Below are positions 8,616-17,769 of a DNA stretch of 64,000 nt, one piece after another; within the stretch, counting starts at the first letter, position 1; the number at the start of each line of letters is the position of its first letter. The position numbers and the translations under genes were made by a program. Location of the stretch: NCBI GenBank assembly GCA_030648515.1, contig JAUSHK010000005.1, positions 48,383 through 112,382 on the forward strand, written 5' to 3'. Source of the stretch: Candidatus Jorgensenbacteria bacterium. Its GTDB lineage: Bacteria > Patescibacteriota > Minisyncoccia > UBA6257 > GWB1-50-10. The notes beneath the pieces were generated by a model that had not been told where the DNA came from, made no database searches, and saw only the letters and a list, made by a program, of their open reading frames with translations.

Positions 8616-9503
8616 TTATTTTGTATAGTATCCAAAAAGCGCTTTGATGCCGGCCAAATTTCGCTCCCACTCAACCGTCTCGTGAGTTTTAAGCTCAACT
8701 GTGATTGCCGGAATGTTGATTGAAGCAAGCCACCCTTCGGCGTCGCCCGTAATCTCGTAGGCGCTAAAAGAATCAACTGCCGGATATCCCGACGCGTGCG
8801 AATACGCCCCAATAATTTCAAGCGTCTTCGGAAGAATTCCTCTTTCGCATTCTGACGCGTACACGGCGTTTGACTGGCTGTGCCAAAACACGACAGCGGC
8901 CGGATTATTTTTAAAAACAAAATCACGAATAGCACGAGTTTCCGGCTCGGAGAACGGCGCCGTCCCCGCGCTTACAACATTTCCCTGCCACATGCTTTCC
9001 GGCTTCCACTTACAATCAAAATTGCGATTCAGGTCAACTTTATGCGCGTTGAAGCGCCCCGGCGCTTCGGAGACGCCCACGGGCACATCTGGGGCGGTGA
9101 AGCGCCCTTCCTTGCCGATTACTTTATATACCCCATCAGGATTAGCGGACGGAATCACGGCAACGGTCAAATTCGCGGGAATGGCTTTTGGATTAGCGTT
9201 AAGATAATCCATAAATGCGTACGCTAAAAGCACGCTGTTCCACTCATAGCCGCCGTGCACGCCGCCCACAAATGCCAGAAGCGTTTTTCCGCTTCCGTAT
9301 GTATACGATTCGATTTGTCGGCCTTCCACTGATAAACCTATTACGTTGCGTTTTGGAGCGTAATTTTCTGTTTTAACCGGCACTATCGTTACTGGCTTTG
9401 GCGTGCTGCCGCTTCGCAATAAAATAAATATAAGCAAACCGACGCCGAGCACGGCAATAACAATGGCCGCAATGACACGTTTAGTCCGCAAGAGGCTTAC
9501 CAC
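8616..9503 (-). CDS. M14-family zinc carboxypeptidase-like protein, membrane anchored (tandem paralog A)
   Basis: N-terminal TM; motifs VGGVHGGYEWN, NPDG and DLNRNFDC typical of M14 / gamma-D-Glu-DAP peptidase-like enzymes. Paralogous to 9507..10427. Confidence 0.6.
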   Translation of the reverse strand: MVSLLRTKRVIAAIVIAVLGVGLLIFILLRSGSTPKPVTIVPVKTENYAPKRNVIGLSVEGRQIESYTYGSGKTLLAFVGGVHGGYEWNSVLLAYAFMDYLNANPKAIPANLTVAVIPSANPDGVYKVIGKEGRFTAPDVPVGVSEAPGRFNAHKVDLNRNFDCKWKPESMWQGNVVSAGTAPFSEPETRAIRDFVFKNNPAAVVFWHSQSNAVYASECERGILPKTLEIIGAYSHASGYPAVDSFSAYEITGDAEGWLASINIPAITVELKTHETVEWERNLAGIKALFGYYTK

Positions 9504-9506
9504 AAA

Positions 9507-10427
9507 TTATTTGGCGTAGTATTTAAGCAAGGCTTCAATGCCAGCCTGATTTTTACTCCATTCAGTATCCGTATGATTTTTAAGAAGAACGCTTATTGCG
9601 GGAATGTTGCTTTTCGCGAGCCAATTTACCATATCGCCGGTTATTTCGTAGAAGTTAAAACTCTCGTAGGCGGGGTACCCCGAGGCATCCGCAAATTTTT
9701 TAGTAATCGTGTTCGTCTCCGGCAAAACACCATTGTGACAGTTTGACGCGAATACACCATTTGCCGCGCTATACCAAACCACTACTGCTTTTGGTTTTTG
9801 AGTTTCAATATAATTTTTAATCGCGAGGCTTTCTGGCTCAGAAAATACAGAGCTTCCACCGCTCACTTTCGTATTCTGCCATTTTGCGCTTTCTTGCCAG
9901 TCACAGTCAAAATTGCGATTGAGGTCAACATTGTTCGCGTTAAAACGGCCTGATGTCTGGATGGCTTGCGACGATGACACCTGAGATGCTGTAAACCGCC
10001 CTGTCGTGCCGATAACTTTATAGAGTCCGTCCGGATTCAAAACCGGTATGACAGTTGCTCTCACATTTGCCGGAATGATGGTCGGGTTCGCCTTCAAATA
10101 ATCCATCGCTTCGTAAGCGACAAGCGCCGTATTCCATTCATATCCGCCGTGTATTCCGCCGACAAACAAAATCTCCGCGTCACCAGTACCATAATGATAC
10201 GCGGTAATATCGCGGCTCTCTACTGATTTTCCAATTACCGATTCTCCCTTGTTTGTAACCGACGTTTCGCCAGTTTGGGCGTCATCCTGCGACTGGGTTA
10301 CGCTGCCTGATATATTCGCATCCTGAACTTTCCCAACATCCGCCGTATTAAATGAGCCACGAATGACAAAATACGCACCGGCGCCAATGATAACCACGAC
10401 TAGAAACACGATGATGATGTTTTTCAT
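9507..10427 (-). CDS. M14-family zinc carboxypeptidase-like protein, membrane anchored (tandem paralog B)
   Basis: Same motifs (VGGIHGGYEWN, NPDG, DLNRNFDC). 4-nt spacing to paralog A. Confidence 0.6.
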   Translation of the reverse strand: MKNIIIVFLVVVIIGAGAYFVIRGSFNTADVGKVQDANISGSVTQSQDDAQTGETSVTNKGESVIGKSVESRDITAYHYGTGDAEILFVGGIHGGYEWNTALVAYEAMDYLKANPTIIPANVRATVIPVLNPDGLYKVIGTTGRFTASQVSSSQAIQTSGRFNANNVDLNRNFDCDWQESAKWQNTKVSGGSSVFSEPESLAIKNYIETQKPKAVVVWYSAANGVFASNCHNGVLPETNTITKKFADASGYPAYESFNFYEITGDMVNWLAKSNIPAISVLLKNHTDTEWSKNQAGIEALLKYYAK

Positions 10428-10471
10428 AATGACTTTAGTGTAGCACTATATTCTCATATTTCCTATAGCCC

Positions 10472-11395
10472 TCAATCAAAAATATTAATGAGATATGCGT
10501 CAATGTCTCTCTGGTCCATATCGTAAAAATTCAGTTTGTTGTCATGGAGATACGTTGCGAATTTTACGCCTACAAAGCGCCAATGCCACGGCTCGTAGAC
10601 GTAGTGGGTATTGCCTTTCGGATAAGAAATCTCAAAGCCAAAACGATACGCATTAGCGAGAAGCCATTGATAGGCCTGCGTGTTTTCAAAGCCCTCGGTT
10701 TGGCCGCCAAGTCCGGTAGTGATGAAATCCAATGTCGTTCCAAGCTGGTGCTCTGAATAACCCTGGTCCGCCGCGAACGAGTTGGCGGTGCCTGCGCCGT
10801 AAATAACGGTATATAAAGATTTAAGCGATTGCTGTTCTGCAAACGACCGGTAAGCGGATTCCGCGTAGAGCGCAATTCCGTTTGATTTTGCCGCATCAAA
10901 TAAGTTTTTAAGAAACGGCCATGCCTCCGTTAGGAATTGTTCCGAACTTGATTCCTTGTATAAATAATCGGCCGGCATACTAATCAGGTGCGGCGGCGTA
11001 TAATTTTCATTCAAAAAATATACTTTGGAATATTTTTTGAGAAGTTCAGGGTCAATTTTTGAAAGTTTTTGAAGCGTGCCGACGGTGCCGGAAATTGAAC
11101 CGACGGTCTGTTCAACTCCGCCAACCTGCGTTTTAACGGCGTCAATATTTTGCTGAGCGCTTGAGAGCGTATCGGAAAGTCCGGTGGTTTGCGAGCGCAG
11201 GTCCGCAAGATTTTTCGCAAGCTGGCCCGTATTCTGTGATAGCGTCGCGGTTGTAGACGCGAACTCCGTTGTAAGAGACCCTATCTGTTCCGTTAACGCG
11301 GAAATCCGCAGAAACCCGTAAACAAAAAGGCCGCCGAGCACGACAAAAACAATCCCTGCGGGGATTATATACGGCAAAAATCTTTTATATCCCAC
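10472..11395 (-). CDS. D-alanyl-D-alanine carboxypeptidase, VanY / peptidase M15B family, with N-terminal TM and coiled-coil repeat region
   Basis: Motifs YRSFAEQ, SEHQLGTTLD and YEPWHWRF (VanY zinc-binding H/D/H context). Confidence 0.7.
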   Translation of the reverse strand: MGYKRFLPYIIPAGIVFVVLGGLFVYGFLRISALTEQIGSLTTEFASTTATLSQNTGQLAKNLADLRSQTTGLSDTLSSAQQNIDAVKTQVGGVEQTVGSISGTVGTLQKLSKIDPELLKKYSKVYFLNENYTPPHLISMPADYLYKESSSEQFLTEAWPFLKNLFDAAKSNGIALYAESAYRSFAEQQSLKSLYTVIYGAGTANSFAADQGYSEHQLGTTLDFITTGLGGQTEGFENTQAYQWLLANAYRFGFEISYPKGNTHYVYEPWHWRFVGVKFATYLHDNKLNFYDMDQRDIDAYLINIFD

Positions 11396-11443
11396 GCAAA
11401 AGATTATACCGCATTTTCACCCAAATTTGAATTCAATTGATAA

Positions 11444-12037
11444 CTATTTTTTTCTTTGAATCTCGAGCCAATCCGGCGTCGGGATAAAAGTAATTTCTTT
11501 CCACGCGTCTATTTCTTTTTCCGTAACATTAAAATATTTTTGGTACGCGGTTTCTACACTTCCATGCATAGCTTGCGACCAGTCAAAACCCAATTTATCT
11601 ACTCCATCCTTAACTTCTTCCTCGGTTGACGCTTCAAATTCTACAAAAGAGGGAATCCATGGCCACGTATCAATGGTAATTTCGCAATCATTTAGTTTCC
11701 AAGTTTCGCGGCGCGTTTCTTGATATGAGCTTTGTTTTAATCCTATTGCTAAAAAAATATTACAGGCATCGTCAAAGTTATCCGCCGTAATGGTTATTTC
11801 TTTGGTTCCATACAAAGAGCGGTCCAATAGGCGCTTATAGCTAACTGTTATTTTATCTCCTTCGTCCCGTACTCTAATCCACGCGCCTTCTTTTTCCAAC
11901 CGTTCATCCGGGAAATCAAAAACCTTGCGCTTCATAAGGCGCTCGGCAGTAATTAAAATTGCCCCGACCTCAATGAGTTTCTTGCGAAATAATACCGGGT
12001 CTATATCTAAAAATTTGGCTTCTAATTCGGTTTTCAT
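11444..12037 (-). CDS. CYTH-domain protein (class IV adenylyl cyclase / triphosphatase fold)
   Basis: N-terminal EAKF motif (MKTELEAKFLDI), then acidic/basic residue pattern of the CYTH tunnel. 197 aa. Confidence 0.55.
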   Translation of the reverse strand: MKTELEAKFLDIDPVLFRKKLIEVGAILITAERLMKRKVFDFPDERLEKEGAWIRVRDEGDKITVSYKRLLDRSLYGTKEITITADNFDDACNIFLAIGLKQSSYQETRRETWKLNDCEITIDTWPWIPSFVEFEASTEEEVKDGVDKLGFDWSQAMHGSVETAYQKYFNVTEKEIDAWKEITFIPTPDWLEIQRKK

Positions 12038-12040
12038 TAC

Positions 12041-12709
12041 TCAGTTGAATTCAAAGTATTTACCTCCGCCGATTACTTTAACTTTTCCGTCAACAACTTT
12101 CAAGGCAGATTGATCATCAAGGGCGTAGGTTTTTTTGGTTATTTCTTTTATAACTTCTTTTATGGTGGCATCCATTCGTGCTGGGAAGTACGGGGAATTA
12201 AGGTGCGGCAAAAAATAGAAATCTACAAAGCCGAGCCCCGCCATAGCACTTTCTTCGGTGTCGTCCCCATATATTGCCCGGGAGAGCCTTAGTCCAAGGT
12301 CGGGAGCAGTTACCATACTCCCCGCACTGACACCGACATAAACTTTTGTCTTGAGTAATTCCGGCAAAATCTTCACTAGTCCAGATGTGTTAATCCACCT
12401 CATAAGATGGTACGTGTTGCCTCCCTCAAAAAACAAAACGTCAGCTTCTTCAATCTGTGGCCTCCAAATGTTTTCCGGAACGGCAGAAATATCAACTATC
12501 GCAATGGACTTAAATCCCTGCTTTTTGATGTTTATAAGGTCATTAATAAGCCAGTCCTTGTCCCCAACTTCCACATTCGCGGCCGTTGGGATGAAAGCAA
12601 CTGAGGTCTCGGCCGCTGGCTTCCCAACTAATTCAAACAGCCCTTTTGCGATTAATTGATTGGAAATCCCGCCTGATGTTAGTAACAATTTCATAAAGTT
12701 ATTATACAT
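12041..12709 (-). CDS. Peptidase S51 (dipeptidase E / cyanophycinase-like) family protein
   Basis: Motifs FFEGGNTYHL and GVSAGS (catalytic Ser elbow). 222 aa. Confidence 0.65.
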   Translation of the reverse strand: MYNNFMKLLLTSGGISNQLIAKGLFELVGKPAAETSVAFIPTAANVEVGDKDWLINDLINIKKQGFKSIAIVDISAVPENIWRPQIEEADVLFFEGGNTYHLMRWINTSGLVKILPELLKTKVYVGVSAGSMVTAPDLGLRLSRAIYGDDTEESAMAGLGFVDFYFLPHLNSPYFPARMDATIKEVIKEITKKTYALDDQSALKVVDGKVKVIGGGKYFEFN

Positions 12710-12926
12710 TAGCTGGCACGATTGGACGAGTTTCGAATGACAGATTTGGCAAGTTTGTTTGAGGGTTTTAAAAAACCATGGAGAAAATCAAAGAATTATT
12801 TTGTTTACTTGTTTAGAATAGCGGGAATTTTACACAGGAGAAAGAATGGAAATATTGCCATAAATAAAAAACCGCCTTCCAAGAATACTCATTGGTCGGC
12901 GGCGAGATACAAGGGATTGATTTTTA

Positions 12927-13520
12927 CTACGAAGAAACAACCAGGACGAGCGGAATTTTGTATGCATCCGCGACTTCCTTGAGACGCTCCCATACGTCCA
13001 CATAACGGCCTTCCGGACAGTAATGCCTCATCACGCCATCGGTAATAATAGCAGCTGGAAGAGTCATTGGTTCTTTACCTGAAAAAAGCTGCTTGCAGTT
13101 GTAAAAACGTGTCCAAAAGAGCCCCACGTCGCGGCTGAATTCCCACGTGTTTGAACCATCGAATTTGAAACCGGCGTTCGCGCACGCATTGCTGACTTTC
13201 AGGGGAATTTGCCGAACGGGACTCGACGGCTTTACGCCGGCAAAACCCATTTTTTCAAATCCAATTGTTGAACTGCAAACAAGAATTCTACCGGATGAAA
13301 CCGCGTTCCCCGGCATGATACTCTCGCTCCACGGATTATTCTCCCAAGGATTCGCAGAAAATGCCTCATAACCGCCGTCACTGTTCTTGGGAGGGGGTGT
13401 TTGGCCATCTCCGGTTAGGACCATCCAATGCCAGAGATCATGGTTTGTTACTTCCCGTTTTTTTTCTCCTAAGCTCGAAAGCCACTCGAGCACTTCAATT
13501 CTTCCTTTTTCAAGATTCAC
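12927..13520 (-). CDS. Hypothetical Trp-rich protein
   Basis: 197-aa ORF in a normal-GC region. No confident motif; weak resemblance of SNTWEF to the GNVWEW motif of FGE-like proteins, but motif order does not fit. Confidence 0.35.
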   Translation of the reverse strand: MNLEKGRIEVLEWLSSLGEKKREVTNHDLWHWMVLTGDGQTPPPKNSDGGYEAFSANPWENNPWSESIMPGNAVSSGRILVCSSTIGFEKMGFAGVKPSSPVRQIPLKVSNACANAGFKFDGSNTWEFSRDVGLFWTRFYNCKQLFSGKEPMTLPAAIITDGVMRHYCPEGRYVDVWERLKEVADAYKIPLVLVVSS

Positions 13521-13656
13521 GGGACTTCTCCTTTTTTGGTATATGTTTGACTATTTGAATGTTTCTAAATGAATTGTATCACATATATACCATTTGTCAA
13601 TCAGCTAGATTTTTAATAGCTTTAGAGCTGTTTGTCTGTTATGATGGGTTTTAACA

Positions 13657-14919
13657 ATGGAAACTAAAAGAGATTTTTATGGGCTCGGTATCGCGCCTGG
13701 CATTCTCCAAGTTCTTACCAAACTTGGTTTTAATACGCCAACTCCGATTCAAGAGCAGGCTATTCCAATCGCGATTGAAGGCAAGGATTTAGTGGGTGTT
13801 GCCCAAACCGGCACCGGGAAGACCCTCGCCTTTGGCATACCCTTGATTCAGCATGTCCTTCGTGGCGCTGGCACAGGTCTTGTTATCGTACCCACGCGCG
13901 AGCTCGCCCTGCAGATTGACGAGACCTTCCGCGGAGTCGGTACGCCGCTTAATTTGAGAACTGCTGCTCTTATCGGCGGGGAATCCATTTCCAGGCAAAT
14001 TCGGGACCTCCATCGCAGCCCGCAGGTTATTATCGGTACGCCTGGCCGGATTCTTGACCATCTCGCGCAAAGAACGCTTTCTCTTCAAAAAATAAGCATA
14101 TTGGTTCTTGATGAAGCCGATAGGATTTTGGATATGGGTTTTGCTCCCCAGTTGAAACGCATTCTTTCTGCTTTGCCGCGTAATCGGCAGACGATGCTGT
14201 TTTCTGCGACAATGCCGGAACAAATCATTAGGATGGCCAAAGAATATTTGAAACTCCCAATTAGGGTTGAAATCGCGCGCTCTGGCACGACCGTGAAGGA
14301 CGTTACTCAGGAATTGTTTTTCGTTCTTCAGGAAGAAAAACCTCGACTTTTGGAAAAAATTCTTCAGGAATATCGGGGTTCAGTACTGGTTTTTTCGCGC
14401 ACGAAACACAGCGCGAAAAAAATAGCCGCCTTGCTGCGCGCTTTAGGGCATACTGCCGCCGAGATTCACAGTAATCGTTCCCTGGGTCAGAGGAAAGAAG
14501 CTCTTGAAGGATTCAAAACTGGAAAATATCGGGTCCTCGCGGCAACGGATATTGCGGCGCGAGGGATTGACGTGACAAATATCGAACTCGTACTGAATTA
14601 CGATTTACCAGAGAATGCCGAAGATTATGTCCATCGGATCGGCCGCACGGCCCGGGCTGGTGTAAGAGGCCACGCCATTTCCTTTGCCCGCCCGAACCAG
14701 AAGAGAGACGTTCAGGCAATCGAAAAACTGATTAAAAAAACATTGCCCGTTTCCAAAATTCCGACTCTTCCCCCGCCCACGCCCTTTAAATTCAAAATAG
14801 AAAGGCCAGAGCGCGGTTTTTTCCCACACGGCCGGAGAAGTTCTTTTCACTCTCGCGGCCGCGGAAATTCTAAATTCGGAGGCAAACGGCCGCATTCCAA
14901 TTTTTTCAGGGGAAAGTAA
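13657..14919 (+). CDS. DEAD-box ATP-dependent RNA helicase with basic RGG-like C-terminal tail
   Basis: Q-motif region, GVAQTGTGKT (Walker A), VLDEAD, SAT, HRIGRTAR. Confidence 0.9.
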   Translation: METKRDFYGLGIAPGILQVLTKLGFNTPTPIQEQAIPIAIEGKDLVGVAQTGTGKTLAFGIPLIQHVLRGAGTGLVIVPTRELALQIDETFRGVGTPLNLRTAALIGGESISRQIRDLHRSPQVIIGTPGRILDHLAQRTLSLQKISILVLDEADRILDMGFAPQLKRILSALPRNRQTMLFSATMPEQIIRMAKEYLKLPIRVEIARSGTTVKDVTQELFFVLQEEKPRLLEKILQEYRGSVLVFSRTKHSAKKIAALLRALGHTAAEIHSNRSLGQRKEALEGFKTGKYRVLAATDIAARGIDVTNIELVLNYDLPENAEDYVHRIGRTARAGVRGHAISFARPNQKRDVQAIEKLIKKTLPVSKIPTLPPPTPFKFKIERPERGFFPHGRRSSFHSRGRGNSKFGGKRPHSNFFRGK

Positions 14920-14949
14920 GTATTATCTCTTTTAAAGTAAACTCTCGCG

Positions 14950-15912
14950 CTATTTTTCTGACTTAATAACGTTCAAGATTTTTTCCACTTTTTTGATGCT
15001 TTCGGAATCGTCCGTGGAAATCGCGATCGCGTCCGGCTTTATTTCTTTCAGCGCTTTTAATTTTGTCTCAACGGACTTTTTATCCATAAGGTCGCTTTTC
15101 GTGAGAAAAAGATATTCGCGCTTTTCGAGAAGTTTTTTGTTGTAAGCGCCGAGTTCCTTACGGATTATTTCATAATCTTTTTGGATTGAGGCGGACTCCA
15201 CCGAAATCAAATGGAAAAGTATTTTTGTGCGCTCCACGTGCTTCAAGAATTTTATTCCCATGCCTTTGCCCTTGGACGATTCTTCTATGAGTCCGGGGAT
15301 GTCGGCCAGAATAATTTCGTAATAAACGCCAAGATTAGGTTCCAAAGTAGTGAAAGGATAATTCGCCACTTTGCTTTTGGCGTTTGTGAGTTTATTAAGC
15401 AAGCTTGATTTACCTACGTTAGGAAGTCCTACGAAGCCGACATCAGCGATTAGTTTTAATTCGAGGCGAAGCGTAAAATTTTCTCCCTGCAGTCCGTGCT
15501 GGAATTGCTTAGGGGTAGTATTTCTGGACGAACGGAAGTGAAAATTGCCCTTTCCTCCCCTGCCGCCTTTAGCCAGAAGCAGGCGCTCGCCGATTTTTGT
15601 TGTTTCAACTTCTGTCCCGGTCGTCAGATTATGGATTACTGTGCCCACGGGAACCTTCAAAACAAGATCGTCGGCGTCCGCGCCGTCCTTAAATTGCCCT
15701 CTCCCTGGTCCCCCATTCTTTGCTTTAATTTCTTTTTTATATCTAAATTGGCCCAAAGCGTTCAAATCAGAAACACCCTCGCAATAGATGCCACCGCCCT
15801 TGCCGCCGCTCGTGCCCGTCGGCCCCAAACTCATCGAATTCGTATTAAAAGCTACTGCGCCGTTTCCACCGTTACCAGCGGCTACTTTTATAACAACGTC
15901 ATCGATTAACAT
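14950..15912 (-). CDS. obg: GTPase Obg (lacks the long C-terminal extension)
   Basis: Gly-rich Obg fold (GGNGGNGAVAF, GGKGG) followed by G-domain GLPNVGKSSLL. Confidence 0.85.
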   Translation of the reverse strand: MLIDDVVIKVAAGNGGNGAVAFNTNSMSLGPTGTSGGKGGGIYCEGVSDLNALGQFRYKKEIKAKNGGPGRGQFKDGADADDLVLKVPVGTVIHNLTTGTEVETTKIGERLLLAKGGRGGKGNFHFRSSRNTTPKQFQHGLQGENFTLRLELKLIADVGFVGLPNVGKSSLLNKLTNAKSKVANYPFTTLEPNLGVYYEIILADIPGLIEESSKGKGMGIKFLKHVERTKILFHLISVESASIQKDYEIIRKELGAYNKKLLEKREYLFLTKSDLMDKKSVETKLKALKEIKPDAIAISTDDSESIKKVEKILNVIKSEK

Positions 15913-16001
15913 AGAATTGTTTTAGTAGTATAAGGGTTCTTGTGTCAACTTTTCAATCTTATTCTTGTTGGCTGACACAATGGGACAATACAGGAATCCT
16001 T

Positions 16002-16412
16002 CTAAATGACTTTGTGTAAATCTCCATTAATAACCTCAACACCCATACCAATCAATTCGTCTTTGAAATTAGATTCAGGAATTGGATTATATAAATATGC
16101 CTTTTTCCCAGAATCAAATGCTCTAAAAATTTCTAGAAAAGTAGCCCCTCCAATATAATTCGGCTGTCCATTTTTTTCAAAATTTAATACTAAAACACAA
16201 TCATTTGCGTCTACTTTCTCTTTTTGCAACCGAATCATATTCCCTTTCCATTTCCTATGTTCCTCAATCCCTAAATTTTTAATTTCTTCCTCCTTCATTG
16301 GCTCATCATAACTATTTGGAACAGTTATGATGTGTCCCATAACCTCAAGTTCATTTTTGATCTTTGTAACATAACAATAGTTATGTTTACTTGCACAAAT
16401 AAGTATTTTCAT
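16002..16412 (-). CDS. Nucleoside 2-deoxyribosyltransferase-like / LOG-like small protein, paralog 2
   Basis: 136 aa. NYIGGATFLEIFRAFDSGKKAYLYN aligns with paralog 1 (4384..4791), sharing MGH, IP and NGDL positions. Confidence 0.5.
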   Translation of the reverse strand: MKILICASKHNYCYVTKIKNELEVMGHIITVPNSYDEPMKEEEIKNLGIEEHRKWKGNMIRLQKEKVDANDCVLVLNFEKNGQPNYIGGATFLEIFRAFDSGKKAYLYNPIPESNFKDELIGMGVEVINGDLHKVI

Positions 16413-16443
16413 AGATTGAATATGTTATGTATGAAATTAATTG

Positions 16444-16514
16444 CTGCGGGACAGGGATTCGAACCCCGATACCGTGCTCCAGAGGCACGAGTCCTACCAT
16501 TAGACGATCCCGCA
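16444..16514 (-). tRNA. tRNA-Gln (anticodon CTG)
   Basis: Hand-folded cloverleaf. Acceptor stem U1-A72 is typical of bacterial tRNA-Gln (TGCGGGA/TCCCGCA). D loop AATGGTA, anticodon loop CTCTGGA, T loop TTCGAAT, discriminator G. No encoded CCA. Confidence 0.75.
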
Positions 16515-16760
16515 ATGATTCTCAATCTGCCTTATTATCGTTTCTTTTTCAATGCGACAATCCTTGACCTTATGTTCATATTCCCTTGCCTCCTTCTCCA
16601 ATTCAAATTTTCTCGTAAAAACTAGCTCAAAAGGTTTATAAGGTTTTGTCGATTTAACTCTACCACTATTATGCTCACAAAGTCTTTCGTCCAATCTATT
16701 GGTACTTCCTGTGTAATACCATTCTCTTTGTTTACTTTTTATAATATAAACATACCACAT
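16500..16760 (-). CDS. GIY-YIG nuclease family protein (UPF0213/YhbQ-like), overlapping the 5' end of tRNA-Gln
   Basis: YVYIIKS...YTGSTNRLDERLCEHN matches the GIY-(x10)-YTG core. Start taken at Met26 of track ORF 16500..16835, because the upstream codons are read through the duplicated tRNA fragment. The stop TAA is tRNA positions 13-15. Confidence 0.6.
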   Translation of the reverse strand: MWYVYIIKSKQREWYYTGSTNRLDERLCEHNSGRVKSTKPYKPFELVFTRKFELEKEAREYEHKVKDCRIEKETIIRQIENHCGIV

Positions 16761-16766
16761 GTTACA

Positions 16767-16808
16767 GACTACCATTAGACCTGCCTGCGCAGGCAGGCGA
16801 TCCCGCAA
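16767..16808 (-). repeat. Partial duplicate of tRNA-Gln positions 1-21, interrupted by an 18-nt perfect palindrome (CCTGCCTGCGCAGGCAGG)
   Basis: 16798-16808 equals tRNA nt 1-10 (plus 1 nt upstream). 16769-16779 equals tRNA nt 11-21. The 18-nt palindrome 16780-16797 lies between them. Confidence 0.7.
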
Positions 16809-16901
16809 CATATAGAAATTAAACAGCAAAAACACTTAAAAATCAATAAAAACAGCCCTTAGCATGAAAGCGCTAAGGGCTATGTGATACGAGATATAAA
16901 A

Positions 16902-17588
16902 CTATACTGCCTGAGAAACCGGCTCTTCTTCCAAAAGTGCCAAAAGATCTTTCGCTTCGGCTATTTTGCTTTTTATATCTATTTCCGGGAATTTCTCCCT
17001 CGCCCATTCGGTGGCGAATTTTAAGTTGCCAAGGAACAAGTCTTGCATTTTTAGAATTTCGCACGGAGTCTTTCCCCATTCGGCGGCGAGACCTAAAACC
17101 ACTTGTTGTAACCACACAGGATCAAGCACTTGGCTCAAATCCGCGTCACGGATAATTTTGAGCGTTAGGCCCAACTGATCGGATGGAGTTTGGTAGGGAA
17201 ATTCAGTGGCCATGATAATCTCTATGATTTTAGGAAGCTCCTCAATATCTTCGTCCATAATATGCTCTTTTAGCGCTACGATTGCCCTCTCTATATTCAC
17301 TGAATCCGGGCCCGATTTACCCGTGTGATTAAAATCGTGGAACATTGCCGCAATAAAAATATTTCGGACTTCTCTCTTTGATAATGTCCCGTAGAAAATA
17401 CACGCTTGATAGCATAACCACAAAACGTGAAGCATGTGCCTCCCGTTGTGATATGGATTAAGAAGATTCCGTGCGTCGTAAAAAATTGCTCGGAAATAAG
17501 GTCTTAAGTCGCCCTCGAAGAGAAGTGCATCGTTTCTGATTATTCCAGCAATTCCTCCGCGAACTTTTGATTCTTGTTCCATATACAA
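16902..17588 (-). CDS. HD-domain metal-dependent phosphohydrolase
   Basis: H...HD signature (YHNGRHMLHV ... FHDFNH ... RDADL). 228 aa. Confidence 0.7.
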   Translation of the reverse strand: MYMEQESKVRGGIAGIIRNDALLFEGDLRPYFRAIFYDARNLLNPYHNGRHMLHVLWLCYQACIFYGTLSKREVRNIFIAAMFHDFNHTGKSGPDSVNIERAIVALKEHIMDEDIEELPKIIEIIMATEFPYQTPSDQLGLTLKIIRDADLSQVLDPVWLQQVVLGLAAEWGKTPCEILKMQDLFLGNLKFATEWAREKFPEIDIKSKIAEAKDLLALLEEEPVSQAV

Positions 17589-17769
17589 TTCCCTCCTTGT
17601 TAAGATTTACTTTATCCACATTAATTACGATTTAAGAGTTCTACCGGTAGGATACGCAGTGTTTACATTTTTGTCAATAGAAACACCGCCAAAATGTAAG
17701 CGGTGTCTTATGTGTGGACGACGATATTTTTAGTATCCTGGCCTGGGCTATATTTAGGTGGATTTATGG

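Noticed and set aside
12722-12982. 86-aa plus-strand ORF in the gap between the S51 peptidase and the Trp-rich protein
   Set aside because: It overlaps the 3' end of the minus-strand gene 12927..13520 and has a low-complexity basic composition. There is no RBS or promoter evidence.
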